Shown here one piece after another: positions 62,085 to 64,000 of a stretch of 64,000 nucleotides of DNA. Position 1 is the stretch's first letter. Each line of letters starts with the position of its first letter. Origin of the DNA: Macrostomum lignano (Eukaryota); contig NIVC01000846.1 of the NCBI GenBank assembly GCA_002269645.1, forward strand, positions 131,903 through 195,902, written 5' to 3'. The translations under genes were made by a program, and so were the position numbers. Under the pieces are notes generated by a model, which searched no databases, was not told where the DNA came from, and saw only the letters and a list, made by a program, of their open reading frames with translations.

Positions 62085-62940
62085 CCATCCACCCTCTTCC
62101 CTCTATCCATACTCTCTCCCCTCTATCCACCCTCTCCCCTCTATCCACCCTCTCCCCTCTATCCACGGCCTCTCCCCTCTATCCACGGCCTCTCCCCTTT
62201 ATCCAACCTCTTCCCTTTATCCACCCTCTCTCCTATCCACGGCCTCTCCCCTCTATCCACCCTCTCCCCTCTATCCACCCTCTCCCCTCTATCCACGGCC
62301 TCTCCCTCTATCCACCCACTCCCCTCTATCCACCCTCTTCCCTCTATCCACCCTCTCTCCTATCCACGGCCTCTCCCCTCTATCCACCCTCTCCCCTCTA
62401 TCCACCCTCTCCCCTCTATCCACCCACTCCCCTCTATCCACCCTCTCCCCTCTATCCACGGCCTCTCCCCTTTATCCACCCTCTTCCCTCTATCCACCCT
62501 CTCCTATCCACGGCCTCCCCTCTATCCACCCTCTCCCCTCTATCCACGGCCTCTCCCCTTTATCCACCCTCCCACGGTCTCACCTCTATCCACCCTCCAC
62601 GGTCTCACCTCTATCCACCCTCCCGGCCTCACCTCTATCCACCCTACCACGGTCTCACCTCTATCCACCCTAACACGGTCTCACCTCTATCCACCCTACC
62701 ACGGTCTCACCTCTATCCACCCTCCCACGGTCTCACCTCTATCCACCCTACCACGGTCTCACCTCTATCCACCTCCCACGGTCTCACCTCTATCCACCCC
62801 CACGGTCTCACCTCTATCCACCCTACCACGGTCTCACCTCTATCCACCCTCCCACGGTCTCACCTCTATCCACCCTCCCACGGTCTCACCTCTATCCACC
62901 CTCCCACGGTCTCACCTCTATCCACCCTCCCACGGTCTCA
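62085..62940. repeat. Pyrimidine-rich minisatellite (CTCTCCCCTCTATCCACC grading into CACGGTCTCACCTCTATCCACCCTCC)
   Basis: Two related unit types in tandem. Confidence 0.93.
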
Positions 62941-63556
62941 GTGCACTTACTTTTTCTCTAGCAATAATCGAACCTAGGCCTCGCATCGATTTGCTCTACG
63001 CTCGTACTGTTAGTATAGCGTGCGTTGAGTATTTTCCCGAATTTTCCATTCCGAATGCACATGAATCTTTATTTATCTTAGAGTTTGAAAGCACCGATAT
63101 TACATGTCCGTCTGGGAGTGGCTTTTTAAGGCATCAAGCATTTTAGGAAGAAATAATGTCATCGTGGTGATTCATCATTCGGTTTATGATGGCATTATCT
63201 GCACATAGGTTTCTCTTCAACCTCTTGACTGGCTGACGACATTTCATATAAATGAAAAAAACTGCAGCCCTAAAAGTCGACAATGTTAGCTTGTACATAA
63301 AATTTACGAGTACATATAATTTCAAGGCAAACTCAACCAGTGTATTTATGCTCTGTGCATTATGCAAAAGATGAGCAGATATTGGACCTATGGGCCTGCC
63401 CCCTATTTAGTTAACAACAAAATAGACAGAACGCGAAGACGGCTTTCAAGGCAATATAAGAGGAGAAACTTTGGATTCGATTCGGTGCATACAGACATAC
63501 TGTAACTGCATACAGACATACAGACTGACCGACACAGACAGAGCCAGCCAGTCAGC

Positions 63557-63560
<4 letters not shown>

Positions 63561-63594
<34 letters not shown>

Positions 63595-63610
63595 CACAGA
63601 CAGACAGACA
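63561..63610. repeat. (GACA)n microsatellite
   Basis: Short tetranucleotide run. Confidence 0.9.
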
Positions 63611-63693
63611 GAGCAGAAGCAGCTGGCCAGTCAGAGAAGCCGTAGTGCACACCTATGCATGTACATGTAAGACTATTTGAAAATAATCGCTTC

Positions 63694-63999
63694 CTATTTC
63701 TCTAAGTTTGGTTTACACGCAGAAGATATCAGCTTGTACCCGTGGTAGCATGCATTGTACATCGGGCAGTACAATTCAACCAAATTGAGAACACTACACG
63801 CGAGCAGCACGGTGCGGTTAATTTCCCTGTTGGCCATGTTGATTTCCGGTATGGCGCCATTTATGATGTTGCCATGGCTACTATGATGACTTCGGTTGCC
63901 ATGGCTACTATGATGACTTCGGTTGCCATGGCTACTATGATGACGGTGGTTGCCATGGCTACCATGATGACTTTGGTTGCCATGGCTACCGTGACGACT
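63694..63999 (-). CDS. Possible exon of a gene entering from the right edge (His/Ser/Gly repeat followed by a hydrophobic segment)
   Basis: Stop-free minus frame: SRHGSHGNQSHHGSHGNHRHHSSHGNRSHHSSHGN...INGAIPEINMANREINRTVLLACSVLNLVELYCPMYNACYHGYKLISSAC. No family recognised. The complementary frame is also open. Confidence 0.3.
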   Translation of the reverse strand, partial: SRHGSHGNQSHHGSHGNHRHHSSHGNRSHHSSHGNRSHHSSHGNIINGAIPEINMANREINRTVLLACSVLNLVELYCPMYNACYHGYKLISSACKPNLEK

Positions 64000-64000
64000 T
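63868..64000. repeat. 27-bp repeat (GGTTGCCATGGCTACTATGATGACTTC), possibly coding on the minus strand
   Basis: About 5 units running off the window end; unit length is a multiple of 3. Confidence 0.85.

Overview
Animal genomic DNA with GC-rich exons, AT-rich introns and intergenic DNA, and about 30 different tandem-repeat arrays. The style resembles Macrostomum-type flatworm assemblies, but that is inference and I cannot confirm the species. I hand-built six spliced genes from GT-AG sites with consistent phases: (1) DDX5/DDX17-type DEAD-box helicase (-; 3' end probably outside the window), head-to-head with (2) a DOK7-like PH+PTB adaptor (+); (3) DDX6/Me31B helicase (-); (4) a PP2D1-like PP2C protein lacking the catalytic Asp residues (-); (5) a Gab/DOS-like PH adaptor (-); (6) a secreted, probably GPI-anchored Cys-rich Ly6/uPAR-like protein (+). 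There is a possible exon of a seventh gene at the right edge. Mobile DNA includes a 1135-bp Chapaev-like non-autonomous transposon (231-bp TIRs, 4-bp TSD) and a hAT-type MITE (8-bp TSD). Most long ORFs in the track are repeat artefacts. The main leads are: two unrelated adaptors ending in the same triple-tyrosine tail; a different minisatellite in nearly every intron of four genes but none in DDX6; and three apparent 1-bp homopolymer indels that break otherwise intact genes. I found no tRNA, rRNA or CRISPR.
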